A stretch of 64,000 nt of DNA from an uncultured Veillonellaceae bacterium (GCA_963805085.1 CAWDTA010000005.1:576001-640000); one strand, 5' to 3'. Positions 20,592 to 31,337 are shown, counted from the first letter of the stretch. Notes: generated by a model not told the origin, from the letters alone. Program-made: numbers and translations.

Positions 20592-21221
20592 GTGAGAGAA
20601 CAAATTGTGATTTCTAAAGCTACGATTGATCGTCTGCCGTTATATTTTCGGACGCTTCGTCTAGCTGGAGAAGAAGGTATAGATATTATTTCCTCGGAAG
20701 AATTAGGGAAACGCCTTGGCATTACACCGGAGCAAATCAGAAAAGATTTGGCGTCGTTTGGTCAGTTTGGTAAAAAGGGTGTAGGGTACTATGTAGCTGA
20801 ATTAAAACGTAATGTTGGTGAAATACTAGGATTGGATAATAATTGGAATATTGCAGTCATTGGAATCGGACATCTTGGGGCAGCTTTATCCAATTATCAG
20901 AATTTTAGTTCTTTGGGGTTTAATTTAGTGGCATTATTTGATAAGAACCCAGAAGTGATTGGTAAGGTATCGAGTGGTGTAAAAGTTGAAGATATTGAGG
21001 ATTTAGAGCGTATTATAAAAGAAAGAAATGTTCATATCGGGATTATTGCAGTTCCTAGAACGTTTGCCCAGGGGGTTGCTGATAAATTAGTTGCAGCTGG
21101 GGTAAAGGGTATTTGGAATTTTGCACCGATAAAAATTAAGGTTCCAGACAGTATGCACATTGTGAATGAGGACTTATCCGTAGGCCTTAGCAGTCTTTCT
21201 TATCACATAACCAGAAAATAA
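20592..21221 (+). CDS. rex: Redox-sensing transcriptional repressor Rex
   Basis: ATIDRLPLY, QIRKDLASFG.FG..GVGY, GIGHLG, GIWNFAP; GTG start after AAAGGGG. Confidence 0.95.
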   Translation: MREQIVISKATIDRLPLYFRTLRLAGEEGIDIISSEELGKRLGITPEQIRKDLASFGQFGKKGVGYYVAELKRNVGEILGLDNNWNIAVIGIGHLGAALSNYQNFSSLGFNLVALFDKNPEVIGKVSSGVKVEDIEDLERIIKERNVHIGIIAVPRTFAQGVADKLVAAGVKGIWNFAPIKIKVPDSMHIVNEDLSVGLSSLSYHITRK

Positions 21222-21592
21222 CTATAAAAAATTAATATAATATGATTATTTTTATTAGAATTTAGCAGGAATTTAGCAAAATACAGAGAAATTCTAAAGT
21301 AGAGTTAGTTTGAACAATATTTCACATGCTAAGTTGTCGATAAAAGAAGAATGCCGTCAAGAATACATCATGTCTAACTTGACGGCATTTCTATGTAGTG
21401 GTATGCTTGTGGTATGGTATAACTAATACTGCTGTTATAATAATTTAAAATTATGGTTATTTTATAACAGTCGTAATTGTACAGCAATGTGGAGTGAGTA
21501 TTTATTAAGCTATAACTTCTTTTGTGTGCAATTAAGAATTAACGAATCATAAAAGGCCAAAATTTTCTTGACCTACTAAAGGGGGATTTTTG

Positions 21593-23098
21593 ATGATTGA
21601 TATTCGTGATCGCGTGCGTAATAAGCAGTTGCACGCCAAGATTGTTAGTGCTGAAGAAGCTGCGGCTTTTATCAAGCCTAATATGAATATTGGTACTAGT
21701 GGTTTTACACCAGCTGGATATCCAAAAGCTGTTCCATTAGCTTTAGCTGAAAGAATGAAAAAGGAACCATTTACAGTTAATTTATGGACAGGCGCATCAG
21801 TTGGAAAAGAATTAGACGGGGCATTAGCAGAGGTTGGCGGGATCAAAAGACGTATGCCATACCAAACGAATAAAAATTTAAGAAATGCAATCAATAGTGG
21901 TTCTGTAGAGTATTGTGATTTGCATTTGAGTGAATCAGCACAACTTGCCCGTTATGGTTTTATGGGCGGCAAAATTGATGTAGCTATTGTTGAAGCATGT
22001 GCGATTACCGAAGAAGGACACATTATCCCAACGACTTCAATGGGAAATACTGCTTCTTATGTTCAAAGTGCTGATGTTGTTATTGTTGAAGTCAATACAA
22101 CGCAACCTTTAGAACTTGAAGGTATGCATGATGTGTATGTGCCACTTGATCCACCACATCGTTTACCGATTCCAGTAGTGAAAGCTGCTGACCGTATAGG
22201 TACTACATATATACCTTGTGGCTTGGATAAAATAAAATACATTGTTCCATGTGACATTAAGGATGACGTGCGCCCATTTGGTGCTATTGATGAAAATTCA
22301 CATAAAATGTCTGAGCACATTATTAATTTCTTCAATGAAGAAATTAAAGCTGGACGTTTGCCAAAAAATTTATTACCACTTCAATCTGGTGTTGGTAATG
22401 TTGCCAATGCGGTAATCAGTGGTTTTGTTGATTCTGATTTTACAGATCTTGAAGTTTACACCGAAGTGATTCAAGATGGGATGTTTGACTTAGCTGATGC
22501 AGGTAAATTAAAATTTGCGTCAGGAACATCATTCTCACCATCACCGGACGGCTTGAATCGTTTTTATACGAATATCAAAGAATATCGTGAAAAAATGATG
22601 CTTCGTCCTCAAGAAATTGCCAATAGTCCAGAAGTAGCTCGTCGTATTGGTATCATTGCGATGAATACAGCAATTGAAATGGACATCTATGGCAATGTAA
22701 ATTCAACTCATATCATGGGCTCGAAAATGATGAATGGTATTGGTGGTTCTGGAGACTTTGCCCGTAATGCATATTTGACTTGTTTCTTTAGCACTTCAAC
22801 TGCAAAAGACGGTGCGATTTCTGCAATTGTGCCTATGTGTTCACACATAGATCATACAGAACATGATACTGACATTTTCGTCACTGAAATTGGATTAGCT
22901 GACCTTAGGGGCTTAAGTCCAAGAGAAAGAGCTCGTGTTATTATTAATAATTGTGCCCATCCAGACTACAGACCAATGCTTCTTGATTATTTAGAAAGAG
23001 CTGAAAAAGCCACCAAGAAAGCACAAACGCCTCATATCATGGATGAAGCGTTATCATGGCATAGTAGATTTTTGGCAACAGGCACAATGAAGAAATAG
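21593..23098 (+). CDS. Succinate/propionate CoA-transferase (acetyl-CoA hydrolase family)
   Basis: SGFTPAGYPK, PLQSGVGN, YTEVIQD, MMNGIGGSGDF; first gene of the mutase operon. Confidence 0.9.
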   Translation: MIDIRDRVRNKQLHAKIVSAEEAAAFIKPNMNIGTSGFTPAGYPKAVPLALAERMKKEPFTVNLWTGASVGKELDGALAEVGGIKRRMPYQTNKNLRNAINSGSVEYCDLHLSESAQLARYGFMGGKIDVAIVEACAITEEGHIIPTTSMGNTASYVQSADVVIVEVNTTQPLELEGMHDVYVPLDPPHRLPIPVVKAADRIGTTYIPCGLDKIKYIVPCDIKDDVRPFGAIDENSHKMSEHIINFFNEEIKAGRLPKNLLPLQSGVGNVANAVISGFVDSDFTDLEVYTEVIQDGMFDLADAGKLKFASGTSFSPSPDGLNRFYTNIKEYREKMMLRPQEIANSPEVARRIGIIAMNTAIEMDIYGNVNSTHIMGSKMMNGIGGSGDFARNAYLTCFFSTSTAKDGAISAIVPMCSHIDHTEHDTDIFVTEIGLADLRGLSPRERARVIINNCAHPDYRPMLLDYLERAEKATKKAQTPHIMDEALSWHSRFLATGTMKK

Positions 23099-23119
23099 GG
23101 TAGGGAGGCAATTAAAATA

Positions 23120-24766
23120 ATGAGCAATGAAAATTTAAAAGCTAAACTAGCGGAATTTGACGCTAAAGTAGAAAAGGCGACTGCTAAATTTCCTGAAAGA
23201 AAAAATGTACCAGCAAAACGTATTTATACACCACTAGACATTGAAAACACAGAATACGAAAGTGAAATTGGTTTTCCAGGATCGTATCCTTTTACACGTG
23301 GGGTTCAACCTACGATGTATCGTGGACGTTTTTGGACAATGCGTATGTATGCTGGCTTCTCTACTGCAGAAGAATCCAACAAACGTTATCGCTACTTAAT
23401 TGAATCTGGTGCGACAGGACTTTCTTGTGCCTTCGACTTACCAACACAAATCGGTTATGATTCCGATGATGATATCTCCACAGGTGAAGTTGGTAAAGTT
23501 GGGGTTGCGATTGACTCCTTAGCTGATATGGAAGTTTTATTTGATAAAATTGATCTTGGTAAAGTATCTACTTCCATGACAATCAATGCTCCAGCATCAG
23601 TATTACTTGCAATGTATATTGCAGTTGCTGAAAAACAAGGTGTTTCAGCTGATCAATTAAAAGGTACGATTCAAAATGATATTTTGAAAGAATATGCGGC
23701 TCGCGGAACTTATATTTTCCCACCCAAACCTTCAATGCGTTTGATTACTAATATTTTTGAATTCTGTTCTAAAAATGTTCCTAACTGGAATACAATTTCT
23801 ATTTCCGGTTACCACATTCGTGAAGCTGGTTCTACAGCTTCGCAAGAAATTGCATTTACGATCGCTGATGGTATTGCATATGCAGAAGCTGCTATCAAAG
23901 CTGGCTTAGACGTTGACGCATTTGCTGGCCGTTTATCATTCTTCTGGAATGCACATAACAATGTATTAGAAGAAGTTGCTAAATTTAGAGCATCTCGTCG
24001 TGTATGGGCAAAAGTGATGAAAGAACGTTTTGGCGCTAAAAACCCTAAATCTTGGATGCTGCGCGTTCATACGCAAACTGCAGGTTCTATGCTTACGGCA
24101 CAACAACCTAATAATAATATCGTTCGTGTTGCTCTTCAAACAGCAGCTGCTGTTATGGGTGGTACACAATCACTTCATACAAATTCTAAAGATGAAGCAT
24201 TAGCGCTTCCTACTGAAGAATCTGTAATGATCGCACTTCGTACACAACAAATTGTTGCTTATGAAAGTGGTTTAGCAGATGTAATTGATCCACTTGCTGG
24301 TTCTTACTATGTAGAAGCTCTTACAAATAAAATTGAAAAAGAAGCTTGGGAATATATCAAAAAAATCGATGAAGTTGGTGGCGCGGTTGCTGCAATCGAA
24401 AAAGGATATATTCAAAAAGAAATTCAAGATAGTGCATATCAATGGCAAATGGATGTTGAAAGTGGCGCTAAAGTTATCGTTGGCGTTAACAAATTCCAAA
24501 TGGAAGAAAAACCAGTTGAAGGTTTACTTCGCGTAGATGCTGCTGTTGGTGAAGGACAAAAACAAAAATTAATTGCGATGAAAGCAAAACGTGATAACGT
24601 TGCTGTTAAAGCTAGTCTTGATAGTCTTGAAAAAGCTTGCCAAGATGAACAGGAAAACTTAATGCCATATATCTTAACGGCTGTTAAGACATATGCAACA
24701 CTTGGTGAAATTTGTGGAGTAATGCGTAAAGTATTTGGTGAATATGAAGCGCATGTAAGTCTATAA
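23120..24766 (+). CDS. Methylmalonyl-CoA mutase, substrate-binding subunit
   Basis: [14 protein letters not shown] (Tyr), [14 protein letters not shown] (Arg), [12 protein letters not shown]. Confidence 0.93.
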   Translation: MSNENLKAKLAEFDAKVEKATAKFPERKNVPAKRIYTPLDIENTEYESEIGFPGSYPFTRGVQPTMYRGRFWTMRMYAGFSTAEESNKRYRYLIESGATGLSCAFDLPTQIGYDSDDDISTGEVGKVGVAIDSLADMEVLFDKIDLGKVSTSMTINAPASVLLAMYIAVAEKQGVSADQLKGTIQNDILKEYAARGTYIFPPKPSMRLITNIFEFCSKNVPNWNTISISGYHIREAGSTASQEIAFTIADGIAYAEAAIKAGLDVDAFAGRLSFFWNAHNNVLEEVAKFRASRRVWAKVMKERFGAKNPKSWMLRVHTQTAGSMLTAQQPNNNIVRVALQTAAAVMGGTQSLHTNSKDEALALPTEESVMIALRTQQIVAYESGLADVIDPLAGSYYVEALTNKIEKEAWEYIKKIDEVGGAVAAIEKGYIQKEIQDSAYQWQMDVESGAKVIVGVNKFQMEEKPVEGLLRVDAAVGEGQKQKLIAMKAKRDNVAVKASLDSLEKACQDEQENLMPYILTAVKTYATLGEICGVMRKVFGEYEAHVSL

Positions 24767-24791
24767 TAGCGAGAGTTGGAGGAACAATACG

Positions 24792-25184
24792 ATGGAAAAA
24801 CGTGTTAGAGTATTAGTAGCAAAACCTGGCCTAGATGGTCATGACCGCGGAGCTAAAGTAGTAGCTCGTGCACTTCGTGATGCTGGCTTTGAGGTAATAT
24901 ATACAGGTCTTCGTCAGACTCCTGAACAAATCGCAGAAGCTGCACTTCAGGAAGACGTAAATGTAATTGCAATGAGCATTTTATCTGGGGCACATCCTCA
25001 TCTTTTTCCTAAAGTAGTTAATTTGGTAAAAGAAAAAGGTATGGATGATGTACTTATTATTGGTGGTGGTGTTATCCCTGATAGCGATATTCCAGCATTA
25101 AAAGCAGCTGGTCTTGCTGAAGTATTTACACCTGGTACAACAACAAGTGCAATTGTTGAATTTATCAAAGCTAATGTTAAATAA
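24792..25184 (+). CDS. Methylmalonyl-CoA mutase, B12-binding subunit
   Basis: DGHDRGAK (DxHxxG), SILSGAH, GGGVIP. Confidence 0.94.
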   Translation: MEKRVRVLVAKPGLDGHDRGAKVVARALRDAGFEVIYTGLRQTPEQIAEAALQEDVNVIAMSILSGAHPHLFPKVVNLVKEKGMDDVLIIGGGVIPDSDIPALKAAGLAEVFTPGTTTSAIVEFIKANVK

Positions 25185-25250
25185 GTAAATATATGTTATG
25201 GACTGTGCGTTGCTCAAAAGGCAACGCATGCCATAGGGTGGTGCGATAAA

Positions 25251-26192
25251 ATGGATATAGCTAAGGAAGTTTTAAATGGTTCACGATTAGCTTTGTCGAG
25301 AGCGATTACTGCAGTTGAAAATGAACATGATGACGCAGTAGATATAATGAAAAAATTATATCCGCACACTGGTAGAGCCTTTGTACTTGGAATTACAGGT
25401 CCTCCTGGAGCTGGAAAGAGTACATTGACAGATAAGCTTGCAAAAGAGTTTCGTAGAAGAGGAAAAACAGTAGGTATTGTAGCAGTTGACCCAACAAGTC
25501 CGTTTTCTGGAGGTGCGATTTTAGGTGACCGTATTCGTATGAATGAATTGACCTTAGATGAAGGCGTATTTATTCGTAGTATGGGTACAAGAGGTAGTTT
25601 AGGTGGATTGTCGCGAAAAACAGCAGAAACAGTAAAAATTATGGATGCTTTTGGTAAAGACGTTGTTTTTATTGAAACGGTTGGTGTAGGACAATCTGAA
25701 GTCGATATTGTAAGTGCAGCAGATACTACTTTAGTAGTATTAGTACCTGGGCTTGGTGATGATATCCAGGCGATCAAAGCAGGTATTTTGGAAATTGGCG
25801 ATGTTTTTGCAATTAATAAAGCCGATCGAGAAGGTGCTGATAAACTTAATATCGAGTTAAATATGATGCTTGATTTAGATGGCAATATGAATAAAGAGTG
25901 GCGCCCGCCGATTAAACAAACAATTGCTCATCAAAATGAAGGCGTTATAGAACTATTGGAAACCTTAGAAGAGCATTATGAACAGTTAAAAGCGACAGGG
26001 CAATTGACTACGAGACGTACGGAACGTACCAAAAATGAATTGCTAAATATCTTAAAAAATGAAATTGGCAATTATGTTTTAGGTAAAATTGCTGAATCAG
26101 GCCAATTTGACAAGCTTGTTAAAGATGTTGAAGGCCGTATGGACGACCCATATAGCGTTGTAAATAATATAATTAAAGATATGCTAAAATAA
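25251..26192 (+). CDS. meaB: Mutase-associated GTPase
   Basis: GPPGAGKST, VDPTSPFSGGAILGDRIRM, ETVGVGQSE, NKAD. Confidence 0.95.
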   Translation: MDIAKEVLNGSRLALSRAITAVENEHDDAVDIMKKLYPHTGRAFVLGITGPPGAGKSTLTDKLAKEFRRRGKTVGIVAVDPTSPFSGGAILGDRIRMNELTLDEGVFIRSMGTRGSLGGLSRKTAETVKIMDAFGKDVVFIETVGVGQSEVDIVSAADTTLVVLVPGLGDDIQAIKAGILEIGDVFAINKADREGADKLNIELNMMLDLDGNMNKEWRPPIKQTIAHQNEGVIELLETLEEHYEQLKATGQLTTRRTERTKNELLNILKNEIGNYVLGKIAESGQFDKLVKDVEGRMDDPYSVVNNIIKDMLK

Positions 26193-26233
26193 TATTTAGT
26201 TTGTTGGTTAGTCATAAGAGGGGGATATTATTC

Positions 26234-26647
26234 ATGTTTAATATTGATAGAGTTGATCACATTGGTATTGCTGTTACTAATTTAGAAGAAACCAAGAAAT
26301 TTTATACTGAAATGCTTGGTATGAAAGCTTCTGGTGAAGAAGTTGTTGAAGAACAAAAAGTAAAAGTATGCTTTATTCCATCCGGAGATAGCGAACTTGA
26401 ACTTTTAGAATCAACTTCCCCAGATGGTCCTATTGCAAAATTCATTGAAAAAAATGGTGGCAGAAATGGCATTCAACATATTGCTTTAAGAGTAGATAAT
26501 ATTGAACAAACGATTGCTGATTTAATGGCAAAAGGTGTTCGTATGATTGATGAAAAGCCTCGTTATGGTGCTGGCGGATCTAGCATTGCTTTTGTTCATC
26601 CTAAAGCTACTGGTGGTATTTTAGTAGAGCTATGCCAACGTAAATAG
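26234..26647 (+). CDS. mce: Methylmalonyl-CoA epimerase
   Basis: DHIGIAV, ELLE, QHIALRV, FVHPKATGGILVEL. Confidence 0.93.
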   Translation: MFNIDRVDHIGIAVTNLEETKKFYTEMLGMKASGEEVVEEQKVKVCFIPSGDSELELLESTSPDGPIAKFIEKNGGRNGIQHIALRVDNIEQTIADLMAKGVRMIDEKPRYGAGGSSIAFVHPKATGGILVELCQRK

Positions 26648-26754
26648 TTCTAGTTTGAAGTTAAGTAATAGAGATAGTTATAATAGGCTCAGTGCAAGTC
26701 GCTTTAATGGGCGGCTTTAGCACTTTTGAGATGTATTTTAGTAGGAGGTATAAG

Positions 26755-28284
26755 ATGTCTACTGTTCAAGAAAAAATTGATCTTATGAGAGCAAAACAAG
26801 CAAAAGTTATGCTTGGCGGCGGCGAAGATCGTATTGGAAAACAACATGCAAAAGGTAAAATGACTGCTCGTGAACGTATGAATATGTTCTTTGATGAAGG
26901 CACTTTTGTAGAATTGGATCAGTTCGTAACACATCGTTGCACAAATTTTGGTATGGAAAAGAAATCTCTTCCTGGTGAAGGGGTTGTGGCTGGTTATGGT
27001 TCCGTAAACGGACGCCTTGTTTATGCATTTGCGCAAGATTTCACTGTTGAAGGTGGTTCGCTTGGTGAAATGCATGCAGCCAAAATCTGCAAAGTGCTAG
27101 ATTTAGCATTAAAAATGGGCGCTCCTGTAATTGGTATTAACGATTCAGGCGGAGCTCGTATCCAAGAAGCAATTGATGCTTTAAGTGGGTATGGTGAAAT
27201 ATTCTTCAAAAATACATTAGCGTCTGGTGTTATTCCACAAATTTCTGTTATTATGGGACCTTGTGCTGGTGGCGCAGTTTACTCACCGGCTTTAACAGAT
27301 TTTATTTACATGGTAAAAAACACAAGCCAAATGTTTATTACAGGACCAGCTGTTATCAAATCAGTTACGGCTGAAGAAGTTACGGCAGAACAACTTGGTG
27401 GTGCTATGACTCATAATAGTACTTCTGGTGTTGCTCATTTTGCTGCTGAAAACGAAGAAGATTGTATTGCACAAATTCGTTATTTATTAGGTTTCTTACC
27501 AAGTAACAATCTTGAAGAGTCTCCTGTAGTGGAAACTGGTGATGATCCTAATCGTATGGATGAAGCTTTAAATTCTTTGATACCAGATAATCCTAATATG
27601 CCTTATAATATGAAAGATATTATTACTTCACTTGTTGATAATGGTGAATTCTATGAAGTTCATGAACATTTCGCTCAAAACATGATTACTTGTTTCGCGC
27701 GTTTTGATGGTAAAACAGTAGGTATTATCGCTAACCAACCAAGCGTAATGGCAGGTTGTTTAGATGTGAATGCTTCAGATAAATCAGCTCGTTTTATTCG
27801 CTTCTGTGATGCATTTAATATTCCTCTTTTAAGTCTTGTTGATGTTCCAGGTTTCTTACCAGGTACTGATCAAGAATATGGTGGTATTATTCGTCATGGT
27901 GCAAAAATGCTTTATGCTTATTCTGAGGCTACTGTACCAAAAGTAACAGTGATCACTCGTAAAGCCTATGGCGGAGCTTATATTGCAATGTGTTCCCAAC
28001 ATTTGGGCGCTGATCAGGTTATGGCTTGGCCTTCATCTGAAATCGCAGTTATGGGACCTGCTGGAGCTGCTAATGTTATTTTCCGTAAGGATCCTAATGT
28101 TGCAGAAAAAACTGCAGAATACATTGAAGAATTTGCAACTCCTTATAAAGCTGCTGAACGTGGTTATGTTGATCAGGTTATCGAACCAATTGAAACAAGA
28201 CCTCGTATTATTACTGCATTAAACATGTTGGCTAGCAAACGCGAAAGTCGTCCAGCTAAAAAACATGGTAATATTCCATTATAA
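26755..28284 (+). CDS. mmdA: Methylmalonyl-CoA carboxyltransferase (MmdA / 12S-like)
   Basis: GKMTARER, DSGGARIQE, GPCAGGAVYSPALTDF, KKHGNIPL; ATG after AGGAGG. Confidence 0.92.
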   Translation: MSTVQEKIDLMRAKQAKVMLGGGEDRIGKQHAKGKMTARERMNMFFDEGTFVELDQFVTHRCTNFGMEKKSLPGEGVVAGYGSVNGRLVYAFAQDFTVEGGSLGEMHAAKICKVLDLALKMGAPVIGINDSGGARIQEAIDALSGYGEIFFKNTLASGVIPQISVIMGPCAGGAVYSPALTDFIYMVKNTSQMFITGPAVIKSVTAEEVTAEQLGGAMTHNSTSGVAHFAAENEEDCIAQIRYLLGFLPSNNLEESPVVETGDDPNRMDEALNSLIPDNPNMPYNMKDIITSLVDNGEFYEVHEHFAQNMITCFARFDGKTVGIIANQPSVMAGCLDVNASDKSARFIRFCDAFNIPLLSLVDVPGFLPGTDQEYGGIIRHGAKMLYAYSEATVPKVTVITRKAYGGAYIAMCSQHLGADQVMAWPSSEIAVMGPAGAANVIFRKDPNVAEKTAEYIEEFATPYKAAERGYVDQVIEPIETRPRIITALNMLASKRESRPAKKHGNIPL

Positions 28285-28301
28285 GAAAGGGTGATAGCGT
28301 A

Positions 28302-28484
28302 ATGAAAATCAATGCAAAAGACGTTAACCCTGAAGTAGTTGCTGTTATTACAGCCGCTGTTCATGAAATGATGGGAAATATTGGATGTTTAACAATATCT
28401 CCTGCTGGAGTTAAAGCAATCAGCTTTAAAACCGCTTCTGCTTGGTCTATGTCTGGTCGTCAACGCTTAATGAATGCGTTTTAA
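28302..28484 (+). CDS. MmdE-like small subunit
   Basis: VVAVITAAV...W.MSGR pattern; lies between carboxyltransferase and biotin carrier; no N-terminal TM helix. Confidence 0.65.
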   Translation: MKINAKDVNPEVVAVITAAVHEMMGNIGCLTISPAGVKAISFKTASAWSMSGRQRLMNAF

Positions 28485-28519
28485 TAATTTTTAAATATGA
28501 TTTTTTGGAGGAATATTAA

Positions 28520-28888
28520 ATGAAAAAATTTAACATTAAAGTTAACGGTACTGCTTATGAAGTTGAAGTTGAAGAAGTAAAAGCTGCTGCGGCTCCTAAA
28601 GCTGCTGCACCTGTAGCACCTGCAAAACCTGCAGCACCTGCTACAGCATCTGCTCAAACAGCTGTTGCTGCAGGTGATACTCCTGTGAATGCACCAATGC
28701 CTGGTAAAATCGTGAAACTTGTAGCTACTGCTGGTCAAACTGTAAAAAAAGGTGAAGTTCTTCTTATCCTTGAAGCTATGAAGATGCAAAATGAAATCAG
28801 TGCTCCAGTTGCTGGCACTTTAAAAGGCTTTAACGTTGCTGCGGGTCAAAACGTAAAACCTGGTGAAGTTTTAGCTGTTATTGGCTAA
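28520..28888 (+). CDS. mmdC: Biotin carboxyl carrier protein (MmdC / 1.3S-like)
   Basis: Ala/Pro-rich linker, APMPG, EAMKM. Confidence 0.92.
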   Translation: MKKFNIKVNGTAYEVEVEEVKAAAAPKAAAPVAPAKPAAPATASAQTAVAAGDTPVNAPMPGKIVKLVATAGQTVKKGEVLLILEAMKMQNEISAPVAGTLKGFNVAAGQNVKPGEVLAVIG

Positions 28889-28954
28889 TTGATTCGTAAT
28901 AAAAACACATGTTTTGCTATGTGATCGTCATATAAAAAAATAGGTTTTAAATTT

Positions 28955-28994
28955 GGAGGAGTCTGTTCAAACAGGCTCCTCTTTGTTTTTTTTT
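28955..28994 (+). terminator. Terminator closing the methylmalonyl-CoA operon
   Basis: GGAGGAGTCTGTT/AACAGGCTCCTCT stem followed by long T tract. Confidence 0.85.
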
Positions 28995-29124
28995 ATGAAT
29001 CATATAAGAAAGTTTATGATTTAAGCTAATAGAATTACCTTTTATTTCCAAAAAATTAGGTTTATGTTATAAATTTCAATATAATAAAGGCTGGATCAGT
29101 TTATTGGTGTAAGGAGATTGTAAG

Positions 29125-29373
29125 ATGTTTTGTTCAAAGTGTGGAAGTAAGTTAGAGCCTGAAAAAAAAATCTGTTGTCACTGTGGCAATCAAGTAGATC
29201 CTATAAAAGAAAAATCTAAGTTGGATGCATATGTAGATGATGTTGTAGGAAAAACGATTAAATGGTCTTTTCAGGGAATTCAAACTAAAACATTCAAAGG
29301 TGGTAAAAAATTTGTTGATTGGTTTTTATATGGAATGATTATAGTGGCTTTTATTTTATATTATTTTTTATAA
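29125..29373 (+). CDS. Zinc-ribbon protein with C-terminal TM helix
   Basis: FCSKCG...CCHCG; hydrophobic tail; AAGGAG RBS. Confidence 0.75.
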   Translation: MFCSKCGSKLEPEKKICCHCGNQVDPIKEKSKLDAYVDDVVGKTIKWSFQGIQTKTFKGGKKFVDWFLYGMIIVAFILYYFL

Positions 29374-29441
29374 CTTTATAGAAACTAGGGGAATAATAAA
29401 ATAAATTCAATTCTATAGTATATAGGTTTAGGGAGGGCTTC

Positions 29442-30725
29442 ATGAATATAACTGTTTTAGCGGGACTAATCTTTGTAGTAATGTATATTTTTATTGTATC
29501 AGAAAAATTTCATCGGACGATTGTAGCAATGCTTGGAGCAATTTTAATGATTCTGACAGGGGTTATTTCAGAGAAGATGGCAATTCATCATATCGATTTT
29601 AATACCTTGGGATTATTGATCGGGATGATGATCATTGTCGCAATTACTGGGCAAACAGGTTTATTTAATTATATAGCAATTTGGTCAGCTAAGAGAGCAC
29701 AGGCAAATCCAGTCAAAATTTTAATTTATTTAGCAATTGTTACGGCTGTATTTTCCGCATTTTTAGATAATGTTACCACTGTATTGCTGATCGTTCCAGT
29801 AACGATTGGAATTACAAATAAGCTGCAGGTTGATCCTATGCCTTACCTAATCATGCAAATTATTGCATCGAATATTGGTGGTACAGCGACCTTGATAGGT
29901 GATCCGCCTAATATTATGATTGGCAGTGCCGTAAAAGAACTTACTTTTGGGGCGTTTATCAATAATCTTGCGGTTATTTCAATTGTTAACTTGGGAGTCG
30001 TATTAACCGTGTTGACTTTGATGTACCGTAGACATTTAACAACAACAGAACTTTTAAAAGCTGAGTTAATGTCACTAGATGAAACGAAAGAGTTGAAAGA
30101 TAAAAAACTTTTAAAAAAATGTCTAGCGGTATTGACCTTTACAATACTAGGTTTTTTTATCCATCAAACTTTCCACATTGAATCTTCTACGGTGGCACTA
30201 AGCGGAGCTTTCTTATTGCTATTAATCGCGAGCAGTGATCACAGTTTCATAGAACATGCCATGGATAAAGTAGAATGGACAACGATCTTTTTTTTCATCG
30301 GTTTATTTATTGCAGTTGGTGGCTTGATTGAGGTAGGTATTATTAAAAAAATTGCGGAATATGGGATAGAGCTTACAGGGGGAGATGTAACCAAAACAGC
30401 CTTGTTAATTCTTTGGCTCAGTGCGATTGTATCTTCAGTTCTCGATAATATTCCATTTGTAGCGACGATGATTCCTCTGATTCAAGATATGGGGGCGATG
30501 GGTGTTAGTAACCTTGAACCATTATGGTGGAGTTTGTCACTGGGAGCATGTCTGGGAGGCAATGGCACGATTGTTGGAGCAAGTGCAAATCTCATTGTAG
30601 CAGGTATGGCGGCAGAACGTGGTCATACAATTTCTTTTGTGAGGTATTTAAAAATTGGTTTTCCGATGATGATTTTAACAATTATTTTATCAACGATTTA
30701 TGTTTATGTACGATATTTAATATAG
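29442..30725 (+). CDS. ArsB/NhaD (IT superfamily) ion/anion permease
   Basis: SAFLDNVTT, NIGGTATLIGDPPN, LDNIPF, GGNGTIVGASAN. Confidence 0.88.
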   Translation: MNITVLAGLIFVVMYIFIVSEKFHRTIVAMLGAILMILTGVISEKMAIHHIDFNTLGLLIGMMIIVAITGQTGLFNYIAIWSAKRAQANPVKILIYLAIVTAVFSAFLDNVTTVLLIVPVTIGITNKLQVDPMPYLIMQIIASNIGGTATLIGDPPNIMIGSAVKELTFGAFINNLAVISIVNLGVVLTVLTLMYRRHLTTTELLKAELMSLDETKELKDKKLLKKCLAVLTFTILGFFIHQTFHIESSTVALSGAFLLLLIASSDHSFIEHAMDKVEWTTIFFFIGLFIAVGGLIEVGIIKKIAEYGIELTGGDVTKTALLILWLSAIVSSVLDNIPFVATMIPLIQDMGAMGVSNLEPLWWSLSLGACLGGNGTIVGASANLIVAGMAAERGHTISFVRYLKIGFPMMILTIILSTIYVYVRYLI

Positions 30726-31064
30726 TTTTCAACCAGCTGTTTTATAAAATTAAAAAGAGTTTTCATTCAATGATTACAATGTAATCTACTTATTGAAAAC
30801 TCTTTTTTTAGTGGCGATTTTTTATTACATAATAGAATGTACTGTGGTAAATATTGATATCATAATAATTTCATTTAATTATGGCTTAATATATAAATAA
30901 TGTGATATAATGTCGTGTGGTTAGATACAAATAATACTCCAATAATTTATGTTTTTTAACAAAAATTTTAAAACTAACAAGGATTTTTTTTATTTAGGTA
31001 GAAGTTATTCAAGTTTAAAAAATAAAATCAAAGTTTATTTTTATTTATATTGGAGGGCAAGATA

Positions 31065-31337
31065 TTGCGTGGTAATGCAACGAGAGGTTATGGGGTACTG
31101 ATTTTATTTGTTGTTACTGGGGCAGTTTTAGGTGGGATTCTTGGTGAAATTATCTTGGATATACCTGCTTTGTCAAGTGTAGCACCTTATTTGGTACATC
31201 AATATGCGATTCTTGATTTATCGCCAGTGATGATCAACTTATATGTGATTAAGTTATCGTTTGGTTTTGCTTTGCATCCTAATTTAATTAGTATTTTTGG
31301 TGTTGTATTGGCGATTTTTTTATTTAAACGTGTGTAA
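31065..31337 (+). CDS. DUF4321-like small membrane protein
   Basis: Hydrophobic, GGILGE motif, usual position upstream of maf; TTG after GGAGG. Confidence 0.7.
   Translation: MRGNATRGYGVLILFVVTGAVLGGILGEIILDIPALSSVAPYLVHQYAILDLSPVMINLYVIKLSFGFALHPNLISIFGVVLAIFLFKRV

Noticed and set aside
23120-24766. Isobutyryl-CoA or other non-canonical acyl-CoA mutase
   Set aside because: The Tyr and Arg specificity residues of methylmalonyl-CoA mutase are present, as are the epimerase and carboxyltransferase.
25214-25885. 223-aa minus-strand ORF and similar antisense ORFs (3916-4329, 33074-33481, 45231-45623, 63489-63779)
   Set aside because: Shadows of well-supported + strand genes, with no recognisable motifs.
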